From the human T2T-CHM13v2.0 reference genome, Homo sapiens, in NCBI RefSeq assembly GCF_009914755.1, contig NC_060936.1: a stretch of DNA of 64,000 nucleotides. One strand, written 5' to 3'. A model generated the notes under the pieces. That model ran no database searches, was not told the origin of the DNA, and saw only the letters and a program-made list of their open reading frames with translations. The position numbers were made by a program, and so were the translations under genes. Below, piece after piece: positions 38,301-52,147 of this stretch (positions within the stretch are counted from its first letter, which is position 1; every line of letters starts with the position of its first letter).

Positions 38301-40849
38301 TTGTCACAAAATCTAACTGTGGTGCAACGTTTGCTTTTCTGCCTGAGCTGATTATTAGGCATAAACAATCAAGAGCAAGTCCTTTTGGTTAAAGGTGATT
38401 TTGGGGGATTTTTTGTGTGGATGCTAAAAAAATTATATTCAAGGATGGAAACTCTTTAGGTAAGATAGAAGAAATATTACAGAATAAAAAAATTAAAGCA
38501 TAAAAAAGAATGCAAACATGAAAAGGAAAAGGAGAAGTAGAGCATTAAAGCCAGGAAAACGATGTAGTTTTTACTAAAATTTGGAGATTTGGAGTATTGT
38601 GAGAATTTAGAACAGAAAGAGAAGTGAACTAGTAGAAAAACTAGATGTATCCTTGTCTGTATTCAAGAAACTTGGGTGAACAAGGGTAAAATCAACTGCT
38701 CATTAGTGAATTAAGATTCCTGCACTAGTTGATTTCTAATTGTCTCATTTTAATTAAGATTTTACACTGCAAGAAACTGAGATGCATGCAGGTTAGTTCA
38801 GTTAATGGATTGAAAATAACGAAACAAAACAGAAACATTTCCAGGAAAGCAAGAGAGACTGGAAAAGTCTCAAAAGACCTATAGTAAGTCTCATGAGGAA
38901 AGGAAAAATCACTCATTCACCTTTTAAAATACAATAGAAATCTTAGCAGTCCAAAGCATGCTGTCACCTCTAAAACCTTTTAGTGGGTTGATAAGATTGT
39001 GAGTTCTCTATATCTGCTTCTGTGTCTACCTTTTGCACCTGATTATCAACTAACTTCTGTAAGTATTTTTTCTAGGTGAGGAACTCTGCCTAATCACACA
39101 TCTACTCTTATAGTTTCAATTCCCTGATGATTGATTTTTGTGTATTTTTATTAATATCCTGGTGTGTCGTCCCTTCTCTGGCCTCACGTTCTGCTCTGGC
39201 TTCTTCTTTTGGTATTCCTTAAATGGTTTTGTCAGTAATCAAAAAGGACACCTGTTAAATCTGGTGTACCTCACAAGTCAATAGGTAGTGTACGGGTATG
39301 AATTCTTATTATTGTGATCTGAGTAGAGGGACTATGTTCTCCAGAGCATGGCAAACAATCTGTGTTAACTCTTCAACAGAGGTTTGCGAGCATGACATGC
39401 AACATGACATTTATTAAAAATAAGTAAAATAAAAAATTGTAGTTACAATGAACAAGGCCATGATACAATCTGTTTCATATGGGCTCTCTTGATTTTTTTT
39501 TCAAAATGAAAAGCAATAAAAATCATCATTAATTAGGCATTTATAATTTTTTAGACAGTATGTTAAATGCTTCAATGTATACCATCTGCAATTTTTATAG
39601 CAACCCATGCTAATTTATTTTACTCGTGCCATATAAGAAATGCAGAAATAGTTTCAGAGTTGTTCTCTGAGGTGCCCAAGGCAAAATAATTGATATTAGA
39701 TAGCTGAGATTTGACAAACCATGTCTCTGACTCTAAAGGTCTACTATCTCATTTCTCTTCCAACCGCCCCCCGGCCTTCATCTTTCCTTTTTTTTATTAT
39801 GGTTTTAAAGATGTTAAAATCTATTACCTACCCTAAGGAAATAATGTGACGTTTGGTGACAAGAAAGCTACTAAGATTTATGGAGGTAGTTGGGGGTAAC
39901 CAGGCATTATAAATCATCTTTGAACCCACTCCTGGAAATAGCGGACAACCTAACAGAATTCATCTGTTTTACTGTTTAGTGACACCCCTATTTTATGGAG
40001 AAAATGATACAGTCAGAAGACCTCATGGATATTTTTGGTAGTAATCTCAAAGATGTGGGTAACAGCTGGCATTTCGGTACCATTTCTTTGGGTACCAGTT
40101 GACGAAGGAAGAGTGGTACATACATTTAGCACATATCTCATTCTTTTAAGATAAAGATAAGGTTGTTAATGAATATATTTAAAAAAATAAAGACAGGAGA
40201 CAAAGCTGAGTATGACAATGTGGAGATAATGATATTTTATGGATAAAAAAGGTTCACTGAGATTAAGAACAAACTGATTCAGGAGTGGAAAAAGGTGGAG
40301 GAAAAATTCAAGAAGACTTGTTAATCAATTAGGTCATATACTTAAGATTTGGGGTAGAACTAAGGATAATTTAATGATACAATACTAATTTAAATGACAC
40401 AATACCTTATATTCAGATATTTTATAAAACAATATTAATAGAATAGACTAGAAGAATAGTATTTTCATTTGTATGAAAATAAGATGTTAAGGCTTCAATT
40501 GATTATAGAGAACATTAACTGTTGTTTTAAGGTAAATACAACTCTAAGTAGTGTTAATTAATCTAGGTCACTATAAATAATGGTCCCAATCTTCTCAGTG
40601 ACAAAGTCATCTTAGAATAATTCATTGTAAGTTTCTTATTTCAAAGGGGAATATAAATGAGATGTCAAGAGTTCTGAAAAGAATACATTAGAAGGAAGAT
40701 CGAAGAAATTCAAGATGTTTGTTCTGGGGAAGAAGACAAGTAAGTGATATGGTAGGAAGACAGAGCACTTGTCTTCTAACACTTATTTATTGAACATCTA
40801 TCTACCTTGTGATAGGATTTAATGAACAAGGCAGCCAACATCCTGAATT

Positions 40850-40987
40850 GATTAAGGTCCACCATGATCTCATTTTAACTTAATTGCTTCTTTAAACTTT
40901 CTATCTCCAAAAGCACTCACATTCTGAGAACCGAGGTTTAGGATTTCAACGTATGAATTTTGGGGTGACACAATTCAGCCCATAACA
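40850..40987 (-). mobile_element. MLT1A/B LTR 5' fragment within an L2 (minus, about 40780-41450)
   Basis: The reverse complement starts TGTTATGGGCTGAATTGTGTCACCCCAAAATTCATACGTTGAAATCCTAA. Confidence 0.8.
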
Positions 40988-42249
40988 GTAGCCACATGAA
41001 GAATTTGCAATAATATTCCAGAAAGTAAGAACATCCCCGAGAAATGAATATGCTTGATATGTCAAAGAATAGCATAAAGGCTGCTCTGGCCCAACTATAG
41101 CAGGAAAAATGACAGATAATGCAATTGAATTGATGGTCAGGGCCCAGATCACATTGGGCCTTAGAGGAAAGAGCCAGCATTTCACTTTCTTCTCGATGGG
41201 AAGCAAGCATAGGGGTAGAAGTCGGGCATAATCTGACTTATGCATTAACGGGCACTCTGACTTCTCTATGAACAATAAAGTATAGGCGAAAGTATTATCA
41301 GTCAGAAGTTGCTGCAGTAAGTAATCCAGATAGAAAAAGATGCAAAGATACTGGCTCGGACTAAGCAGCTGTAAATTTGGTGAGAAGTGGCCAGATTAGA
41401 GATTTTTTTTTAAGGTAAAACCAACAAGACATATGTTAGATTAGATGTCAAATAGAAAGCTAATGGAAGAATTAAGAGTAATTATTCACTTTGCCTCAGT
41501 TCTTAAATTGGAAAACAGAAGAAATACCCTAGATTACTGTAGAAAATTTAATAAGGACTGGTATGGAACTCATTTACAAGTAGATCTAATCACAGTTTAG
41601 GAAAAAATTTTTAACTCAAATTGTCCAGTATTGGAGTGAATTACCTCATGGGAAAATAAGTATCTGTCAGTCAAGTTGAGCAAGATGGGGGATGGGATGT
41701 AATCCAATTGTATTCATTGTTAATAAGTATGGTTGAAAGAAATCTCTCCAGAGGTAATACTCACGATAACATACAGGATGATTTCACTATTATAAGCTAT
41801 TGACATCAATACTTTAGGGACCATTTTCAATGGATAAATATCAATGCAATTGAACAGCAGAAGATCAAAATTTTAATTTGTATATAACAGGAAAATATTT
41901 CCATTAAAACATTGTTAGGTAAATTTGTATTTTCTATCAGTGTGAGGAGAGAAAGTTTATTTGTTGGAATAATATTAATGGTAAATTATTTATTGAGGGT
42001 TCTGAGACGCTATATTTGATAATATCTTATTATACTTTAATCATTGCTTAAAAAAAAGTTGCACTATGCAACTGCATAGGTTCAGTTAATTTCACAAGGG
42101 AATGTTTGTTCTACTCAAAGGTGTACCTCACTTCTCCTCATTTCCTTCAGAACAATAAATAAGCCAGGGCATAAGTTATCTTGAGAACAAAATAATAGCA
42201 TGGGCTAAAGAAGAAAACCACCTTCATACTGAAAAAATTGCATGACCTT

Positions 42250-43590
42250 GCTAATACACACTGAAGTGAACTAGGAAAATATATGTGAGAGTGTATCAGG
42301 GATTTTGAGCAGGAAGGAGAATATAAGACAGGACAAGTGAAAATGTATTATTTGAAAAAGCACTTTTCCATTTCTTATGCCATAAGGACATCTGGAGCTG
42401 CTCTTAATACACCACTGGAATGTTTTTTTGAAGCTTATACCTGATGATAGACTATGGCAAATTAGAGGAGATGCATAAACTACCTTGACAAAATGTTAAG
42501 GATAGAGTCAGAAAATGCAGAGATATAGGAATGTTAGAATGAATTTATTATGTGAATGAAGAACCATCATCACTCTACCAAATTTCTCAAGGGCATAAAT
42601 AAAACTCCTTTCACCAAAACATTAAGAACTGCACTGGTAATGAGGCTATTGGCATCATTGAGAAGGAGAGAGTGGCTGATTTCTAGAAACTGGGGTTAAG
42701 AGTAGGAGAAGCTGACATTTTCTTACTATCATTAGGGCCAGTGGAACTCCAGAATGTTCATGGTCAAGTAGTACTAATTCATCCAACAGAGATAAAGTAG
42801 ACTTAATCACCATAATGAACTTCATGGCCAAAATGGCAGTCAAACTGCCTTGAAATACAGGAATCTGTGGTGATGACTAATGGGTCATGATGTTCCTAGT
42901 GGTAAGAGAGACGAATAGCTGCCTAAATTGATTTTGACTTGCATAACTAGAAAAAAATCACAAACTAGAAAAAAGGCAGACAAGTCACCAAAACAGAAAA
43001 CTGCAATTTTTCACCCAAGTTGTAGATCAAAGTAAGTTTGACTAACTACCTTCAAATAACTAGAAGAAAATGTTGCAGAATTATTACCAGGATACATGAA
43101 TAACATTTTCTGATTATTTCCCAAGGGGATCGAATGCCATTTCCTAGTGTAGCTGGACACTGGGCAAAGGAAAAAAATGCAACTCTTTTATGAGCCTTTG
43201 AAGGAGAAATAGCCTGAAGAATGGGTACTCAAGACTTCCAGGAAGTTTGCAATGACTTGTCCTATTGTTCAGGGTCCGGCAAGGAACAAGATCCAAATGT
43301 TATAGATGACAAAAAATTCTGGGAGGGAGGCATTTTGGTAGGGATAGAACACATGGATCTTTGTATTTTATGTTAGTGCCCATTGAAGAGCAACTGTTTC
43401 AGAAGAGCTGCTTAGTAATGATGTGGACAACATGAAACATTCTGTGAATGTCAGCCAATCCTTATCCTTGACTATGCAGTACTGTTGCAATGGGGCCATG
43501 AAAAGATTAGCCACGGGAACAGAGACATATGAGAGAGAGGATGGCCAATACCAGGGGTTTCTTCTCGTCAAGCCAATGCTGAATGCCAAA
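42250..43590 (+). mobile_element. Ancient ERV-L-class internal relic (gag/pro boundary fused to RNase H/integrase start)
   Basis: Degenerate peptides match ERV-L gag (RDIGMLE*IYYV, TPFTKTLRTALV, LW**LMGHDVP). Others match the same pol segment seen at 3420-3700 (IFVFYVSAH*RATVSEELLSNDVDNMKHSVNVSQSLSL..QWGHEKISHGNRD). Confidence 0.75.
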
Positions 43591-44392
43591 ACTGAGCCAT
43601 TTTTTATTAGTGAAAAATGATATGTTTATAAACCAAGGGCTTGTGACATTAAATTAGATATGTTTCTATATTAGATTTTTTAAAAGGATGGTTTATACTG
43701 ACTTTAAAAATAAATAGAGATCACTATGAGCTATTGTAGGTAATAAAAATGGAATTATAGCAAATAAAATGCATTGCTTTTATACTGATAAAATTAACAA
43801 AACAGTAGATGACCAGAAAGCAATATAATTATGTTATATGCATCTGGAAAGAGTATTTTCATGCTTTTCCTAATATTTTATGTAGATTCAAAATGATAAT
43901 TTATTAGTCTAAAATGGATGTATAATTTCAATAGATGAGTCATTTTCAGTAACAAAATTGGATGCATCATATTCTAAGAGTTGACTGTGAAAAATGTGGT
44001 GATTATCACATTAAAAAATCACATTAACAGTAGAACTCAAGAGAGCCTAATTTATACAATGAAATAATGTTACATAGTTTTAAGTGATATGACAAAACTT
44101 GAGATAAAACAAGATTTAAAGTATTAAATAAAAATTAAGTAATAATTTTTAATAAAATGAGCCTAAAATTATCTTCTTATTTTAATTTTTATATCAGTAT
44201 ATATTTATATAACAGTTGGAGATGTGGCCTAAGTATCCAGAGGAAAAGACCCACTTCCAGAGCAAAATTCCTAAGAAGATAAGATTATAGGTATATTTTA
44301 TTTACTAACATCTATTACTAAATTTCATAGACAGCAGTTACTCTAAACCCCATATTCTGAGAGGAGTGACAAACTCCCGTTTTCATTAAGTA

Positions 44393-44841
<449 letters not shown>

Positions 44842-45183
44842 TTTCTTTTTAATAATATATTAAAGTGAATAAAACTGGGTTCCAGGAGTGTGTCAAAAGG
44901 AAATGCCATTTGAATAATGTCACTATAGTAATATTTCCTTTATTTGGTGGCATATCATGAATTAAATTGCTCACATTATTCAAATCTTATTCAAAAAAGA
45001 TTTGAACATTGTTTTGCTATGTTTTACAATGCTAACAATTTATACAAGCTCAACTTTCCTGGGCCTCAGTCTTATGATTAAATATGTTACCTTTACAGAA
45101 AAAAATAGGTAAGAAACATAGGCAATATGTTTGTAACAAGAGAAAAAAATATATATATAAATATAAAGCAGATCACTTTTTAA

Positions 45184-46776
45184 ATTTTATTATTTTTATT
45201 TTATTTTATTTTTTAATTATACTTTAAGTTCGAGGGTACATGTGCACAATGGGCAGATTTTTCCTGCCTCTGTAGACTCCACCTCTGGGGGCAGGGCATA
45301 GCTGAACAAAAGGCAGCAGAAACTTCTGCAGACTTAAACTTCCCAGTCTGACAGCTTTGAAGAGAGTAGTGGTTCTCCCAGCACGCAGCTTGAGATCTGA
45401 GAACGGACAGACTGCCTCCTCAAGTGGGTCCCTGACCCCTGAGTAGTCTAACTGGGAGACACCTCCCAGTAGGGGCTGACTGACACCTCATACAGCCAGG
45501 TGCCCCTCTGAGACGAAGCTTCCAGAGGAAGAATCAGGCAGCAACATTTGCCGTTCTGCAATATTTGCTGTTCTGCAGCCTCTGCTGGTGATACCCTGGG
45601 AAACAGGGTCTGGAGTGGACCTCCAGCAAACTCCAACAGACTTGCAGCTGAGGATCCTGACTGTTAGAAGGAAAACTAACAAACAGAAAGGACATCCACA
45701 CCAAAATCCCATCCATACATCACCATCATCAAAGACCAAAGGTAGATAAAACCACAAAGATGGGGAGAAACCAAAGCAGAAAAGCTGAAAATTCTAAAAA
45801 TCAGAGCGCCTCTTCTCCTCCAAAGGAACGCAGCTCCTTGCCAGCAATGGAACAAAGCTGGACAGAGAATGACTTTGACGAGTTGAGAGAAGGCTTTAGA
45901 CGATCAGTAGTAACAAACTTCTCCGAGCTAAAGGAGGATGTTTGAACCCATTGCAAAGAAGCTAAAAACCTTGAAAAGTAGATTAGATGAATGGCTAACT
46001 AGAATAACCAGTGTAGAGAAGACCTTAAATGACCTGATGGACCTGAAAACCATGGCAAGAGAACTACGTGACGCATGCACAAGCTTCAGTAGCTGATTCA
46101 ATCAAATGGAAGAAAGAGTATCAGTGATTGAAGATCAAATGAATGAAATGAAGTGAGAAGAAAAGTTTAGAGAAAAAAGAGTAAAAAGAAATGAACAAAG
46201 CCTCCAAGAAATATGGGACTATGTGAAAAGACCAAATCTACGTCTGATTGGTGTACCTGAAAGTGATGGGGAGAATGGAACCAAGTTGGAAAACACTCTT
46301 CAGGATATTATTCAGGAGAACTTCCCCAACCTAGCAAGGCAGGCCAACATTCAAATTCAGGAAATACAGAGAACACCACAAAGATACTCCTCGAGACAAG
46401 CAACTCCAAGACACATAATTGTCAGATTCACCAAAGTTGAAATGAAGGAAAAAATGTTAAGGGCAGCCAGAGATAAAGGTCAGGTTACCCACAAAACGAA
46501 ACCCATCAGACTAACAGTGGATCTCTCGGCAGAAACTCCACAAGCCAGAAGAGAGTGGGGGCCAATATTCAACATTCTTAAAGAATAGAATTTTCAACCC
46601 AGAATTTCATATCCAGCCAAACTAAGCTTCATAAGTGAAGGAGAAATAAAATCCTTTACAGACAAGCAAATGCTGAGAGATTTTGTCACTACCAGGGCCT
46701 GCCTTACAAAAGCTCCTGAAGGAAGCACTAAACATGGAAAGGAACAACTGGTACTAGCCACTGCAAAAACATGCCA
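45184..46776 (-). mobile_element. L1PA5/6-like insertion: tail and about 50 nt of 3' terminus (minus, to about 45260) joined to an inverted 5'UTR-ORF1 block (plus, about 45261-46776); ORF2 absent
   Basis: ttatactttaagttcgagggtacatgtgcacaatgggcag is joined to cctgcctctgtagactccacctctgggggcagggcatagc (L1 5'UTR). A 19-bp TSD AAAGCAGATCACTTTTTAA is at 45165-45183 and 46777-46795. Confidence 0.93.
45760..46776 (+). pseudogene. LINE-1 ORF1p, nearly full length but disrupted
   Basis: MGRNQSRKAENSKNQSASSPPKERSS and KRPNLRLIGVPESDGENGTKLENTLQDIIQENFPNLARQANIQIQEIQRTPQRYSSR are ORF1p. In-frame stops occur (e.g. 45943-45945, 46586-46588) along with frameshifts. Confidence 0.95.
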
Positions 46777-49700
46777 AAAGCAGATCACTTTTTAACCCCC
46801 TGCATACATGTAACCAATTGTTCCCATTTAATTAATGAAGGCTTCCATAGCTTTGGAATAGATTTTCCCCCAAGGGTTATACAAATGATTAATTTTAACA
46901 ACATTTCACAATTGTGATCATAACAGCTCAAAAGAAAATGAATAATGAACGTGAAACATTAACACAAGTATATTCTCTTTTAATTATTTGTTGTCTAGTT
47001 TTATTGAAATTGCTCAGAAATAACTAAAAATTTGAAAAATAACTATAGTCATCAAACTCGAGCTGCTATAATTATAAACTGTTGACATACTATGTCATTG
47101 TTAACCATTAGAAAATTAATACCATGTTTCTGAAAAGTCAATATATTTGTAATAACTTAGAAACTTCATTGTATATAAGTTATGACACAAATAATTAAAA
47201 GTACTCATTTTAAAAATGTATGCCTTTTTATTAGTAAAAATACATATTCCACCATTCAGGCACTATAAAAATGTGCTCTTTTTCGGTTATTACTTTCTTT
47301 CAACATCCTAACATGTAAAATCTAATACATTTGTGCCACTGTTATTATTACTGTCTTCTATATTCTAAAGTATTTTTATGTGGCAACATCACATTTTCCT
47401 TATACACTTTTAGTATAATTACAGCTATGCAAAAAGTTATTATAATTGTAGTGCTTAAAATTTATATGACACTTTTCATCTTATCTAAGTTATAACTAAA
47501 TAGGTAATTAATCTATAACATCTCTAAAGTGGTGTGCAAGCATTTCATCTACGTTAATTATACAAACGATGAAAGTAAACATTATACTACATATATATAA
47601 ACACTGCAAGATGATCTAGTCAGATGGAAATGGTTCTATTAAGCTTCGAATTAATCTGCTAGGAGATGCTATAAAGTGCATAAAAGAGGGATCAACAAAA
47701 CAATAAGCAGAAACATATGAAAATACTTGAAAGTTCTTTTAATGTGTGTGTATGTGTATATGTTCGTGTGTGTGTGTATATATATAAGTATGCACAAAAT
47801 GATAGTATTCTTAATACATCATCAAAGGTGATACAAATTGTGTCAACACAGATAAATTTTTATTTTTACCTATTTCTAAGTAATTAATTATAAAAAGAAA
47901 GGGAGAGGCATAACGCATTGATAGCGGCATTAAAATATATATTGGGGAAAGATGGCCAGTAGGATATCACTGCTTTTGGTTGTATCTAGACAAGCCAGTA
48001 TTAGTCATGATTAAGTCATTCATTCTACAAATATTTAATGAACTTCTACTCTGTGCTAGGCTCTGCTGTATGTGCTGAATGCAAAGTGCCGACCCTCCCA
48101 GAAATTACTTTCCAGTGGCCACTCAAGATTTCTTTGTGAATGGTATTTCTCCTTTAGCCAGCTCATAAAAATAGCAGCTGAAAAAGAAAAGTTGTAGAAT
48201 CCATAAATAACTGTCAAAGTTTAGTCAGAGATGATTGCAGTGTCCTGAGAGATTTGACAGTGTAAGTGCTGGGAGTGATTTGAAACAAAAAGTATATGAT
48301 TACTGTTATTAAGAGTGTTTTTCATGGGAGATTGTATCAGATGCATGATGGTAGGCTCAACTATGGAAAAAAATATTATCCTTAGTTTTTGGGCTTCAGA
48401 TATATTCATAATCATCTGAATGTAGTTTGAGCACAGAGAATCTATGACTTCAGCCTTTTTTATCTTACACATGTAATACCAAATCTTCAACTATATTTGC
48501 TATACTGGAGGATTGTTAGAATTAATAATAATGACAAGAATATCTAACATTTATTACTGAGTGCTTGGTATGTACTAGCTACTGTTTTAAGACATTTCAT
48601 GAATTATCTAATTGGATGTTCATATTTCTTTGAAATTCCAGTGTGAAGTTTTTCTTTGTCTGTAAATGTCTTTATAGTAAAAACGATTTGAGTCCTGGAC
48701 GTGGCATCCTTGGTTCAGTTTTCATTCAATTATTCCAGCAACTCATTATCTTGTTATATATTTGATGCATTTAAGAATTTTTTGAAATGCCTCAATCAGG
48801 TTATTTTATAAAATACGGACGAAGGATAGGCTTTAGTTTCTATTATGAAATTACTAGAAAGTCCCTTGTATGTGCATTTTACTTATTTAATTCAACTATG
48901 AAATGAGATGTAGGAAAAAAATAGTCCCATTGTTATCCTTAAATTTCATTTTTAATCATTCCCCAAATGATTCTACGACTCCACCGATAGGACAAAACCA
49001 AAGTAAAATAAGCCAAAAGAAATAGATGGTGAACCTTTTTACAGTTCCTGGAGATATGAGAGTGATTTAAGAATTTTTCAAAGATAACACGGACTGTATA
49101 CACTTCAAAATTATGAGTTAATTTAAAAATACAACCTCTGAATTACATGCAATCTTACTACACTACCTGTGTCATTAGCATCTGCTTCTCTCAAAAACAG
49201 ATTTGCATTCTCCAAACTCACTTGCCTATCATGTATACTTAAAACTAAAGTTATAATAAGCTGTAAAAATATTAATGATAATTTACTAGTAGGATAGATT
49301 ACTTAAAAACATGTCAAGTGTTACGCTGAGTGCAGAACAGAACAAGAAAACACAGAATAATGGAAAGATATAACAATACTGTAAGTTAGTGAAAGATACA
49401 TTTCGCATTCTAAGAATTTTAAGGAACCTTTGATAAAAGTGGAAATATTGGGAAAAGTGTAAAGTATGAGGTTTTGTTTGTTGGTTGGTTTGGTAAGTCC
49501 CATCCTGGTAAAGCTCACAAAACATCCTAATTTGTAGAGCAAGTGCTAATGATCAGTGGAGCAGATGTGGCTCATAAAATTTCGGCTGAAAATGACTATA
49601 ATCATCAGTCTTAGAAAATAGCAGCATTCAGAGGTCTCTGTGGTCTTATACCAGATAGGCTATTCAGAGAGGTGGAAGAGGTTGCTTCAGGTACTAGGAT

Positions 49701-50449
49701 GTAGTTTTGGGAGACTTATAGTTTCTACCTGGCACAGAGACAGGGTCATACAGTAAATCTGGTGCATTCCTTTTAGTGCTATAATTTTACCAAGCATGGA
49801 GAAGACATAATGCTGAAATAAATTTCCCTGTAGAGGTGAGGGCATATTTCTGGGTCTGTCCCCAGTCTCTTGTCATTGATAATATTTGTATCAGTTCTAA
49901 AAACCAGGAAAAGATGGTATCCACATTCTACATACTTGAAGGAATATAGGACGCTACAAAAGTGAGTGGAAATGTGACCAGAATGAAGAAAGAGCTCACA
50001 CAGCCTGTAACTCACCTGTTTGTATCTGACAACTGCTCTTATCAGGAAAGTTGGCCAGATTCTGACTAAACCTCAATAACTATCTTATTTGGAAGGATGA
50101 AGGCGGGATCTGACAGTGTTCCAGTGTGTGTATAGAGAAGAGTTGTGGAAGCAATGTGTTTGGTTATAAATCTGAATCTCACCAACACCTGTGGAACACA
50201 CATCAGCTATTGGAGATCATATCAAGCAGGGATTACTCCATGTACACTAGACATATATACTGTACCTATCAAAGAGAACTAGCATTTTACTTATAGTAGT
50301 TCCAGGCTGCTACATCCCACACAGGGAAAAAAGGTATAGCAAAAAGTAAATGCTCACTGTTTATGGTGCCTTTGGGTCTCATTCATTTTTATATTACTGC
50401 ATCTCTGAACTGATGTGGTTCAGCCAAGTAAAATAACCATTCCCATTTT

Positions 50450-51673
50450 TTCCCTTCTTGACTCATATAATGTTACAGATCATCTCAAGACATCAGATGA
50501 CCCAATAACAAAGATGAAAATAAACAACAAATAAGAATGGCAAACAGTAAAACTACTAGACATATGAAAACAAAGAGACTACGTTATAGAAAAAGAATAG
50601 TTTCCTTTCAATGAAATAGAATTATTACAATAAACAGGAGGGCATTTTAGAAAATGTCTAATTTTTTTGAAAATATAATTGGAGAGGACAAAATACCAAG
50701 AAATCTAGAGCAAGTTGTATGTGATAAACTAAAATCTTGAAATGTGAAAGGTTTAATGGAGACAGAAAAAGTAATATCAAATTTTAAAATGATAATAACC
50801 CCAAAAGGAAGCAATGAGTGACAGCTGCATAAACTAAAAAAGACATTTTATATGAGTCTGAAAATTTCTATTGGAAATCAGAATTTTTTTTCATTTATTC
50901 ACTAAAAGAAAATGTCTTCCACATAAAAATAAAAGAAAAAAATGAGAAAATCAAGTTAAAAATCAGAAAATATTATGTAACACACAAGATTGAATCTACT
51001 AGTTATTAGTATACAGGAATCAGTTAAAATTACCTATGAAAAGACAAGGATTTCCAGATTTGATTGCAAAACAAAATTAACTATATGTCATTTATTAAAG
51101 ACAAAGCAGAATAAAAATTGTTTAAAAATTAACTTCAAACAAAGCCTACTTAAAATGCTATATGTAACTGTAGTATTAATATTTAATATTGAATAAAGAT
51201 GACTTTAAAAATAAAGTGTCTCATATTACTAATAAAGAATATATATGTATATAAAATGAATTATAAGCCATTAGAGCACAGCAGATAATATTAAAAATAA
51301 AAAGAGAATTTAACAAAAGTATAAGTATAGTGGAAGACTCCAGTGCATAACTTATTAGTCCTTAAGACATCAACAAAGAATACAGACTATCTTAATTACA
51401 CAATTAAAAAAGCCAGTTTAACCGTTGTACTAAATTTGGCATGGAACACACCAAGAATAAACATATTTTCCAAAAACTATTGCACCAAGTCAAATATAGA
51501 AATAAGATATCTCAGTTTCTGACATTGTGATAAAACTGGATAATACAAGTTTTAACAAACAAAAACTTCAAATACTGATAAATGTATATCAAAAATCACT
51601 ATCTTAAATAATTCATTTAAAGATAAACTCAAAACTATGATATGCAGACCAGTTAAAAATAATAGCAGATATA
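50450..51673 (+). mobile_element. Ancient L1M fragments
   Basis: A-rich strand bias with degraded ORF2 endonuclease-region motifs (aactatatgtcatttattaaagaca; aagtatagtggaagactccagtg). Boundaries are approximate. Confidence 0.5.
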
Positions 51674-51788
51674 TACAGTCATGTGCAGCTTAACAACAGG
51701 AATATGTTCTGAGAAAATGCATTGTTAGGCAATTTTGTCGTTGTGTGAATGCCATGGAGTGTACTAACATGAATCTAGATGTATAGCC

Positions 51789-52147
51789 CAGGGGTCCCCA
51801 AACTTTTTGGCACCTGGGACCGGTTTTGGGGAAGACAATTTTTCAATGGACGGATAGGGGTGGGCAGTGGTGCAGTATAAAGCGGGGATGGTTTCAGGAT
51901 GAAACTGTTCCACCTCAGATTATCAGGCATTAAGTAGATTCTTACATGGAACACACAACCTAGATCCCTCACATGTGCAGTTCACAATAGGGTTCACACT
52001 CCTGTGAGAATCTAATGCTGCAGCTGGTCTGACAGGAGGTGGAGCAGTAATGCTTACTAGCTGGCGGCTCACCACCTGCTGTGTGACCCAGTTCCAAACA
52101 GGCCACTGATGGGTACAGATCAGCGGCACAGGGGTTAGGGACCCCTG
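51789..52147 (-). mobile_element. MER1B hAT-Charlie MITE
   Basis: TIRs are CAGGGGTCCC...GGGACCCCTG, with a perfect 8-bp TSD GTATAGCC at 51781-51788 and 52148-52155. Confidence 0.93.

Noticed and set aside
39388-39412. CATG cluster as a possible p53 response element
   Set aside because: The CATG cores are 6-7 bp apart rather than 10, and the flanks do not fit RRRCWWGYYY.
45488-45757. Antisense ORF in the L1 5'UTR (MWFYLPLVFDDG...) as possible ORF0
   Set aside because: ORF0 lies further 5' in the UTR, in the part missing from this copy. This is a different antisense frame commonly open in L1PA elements.
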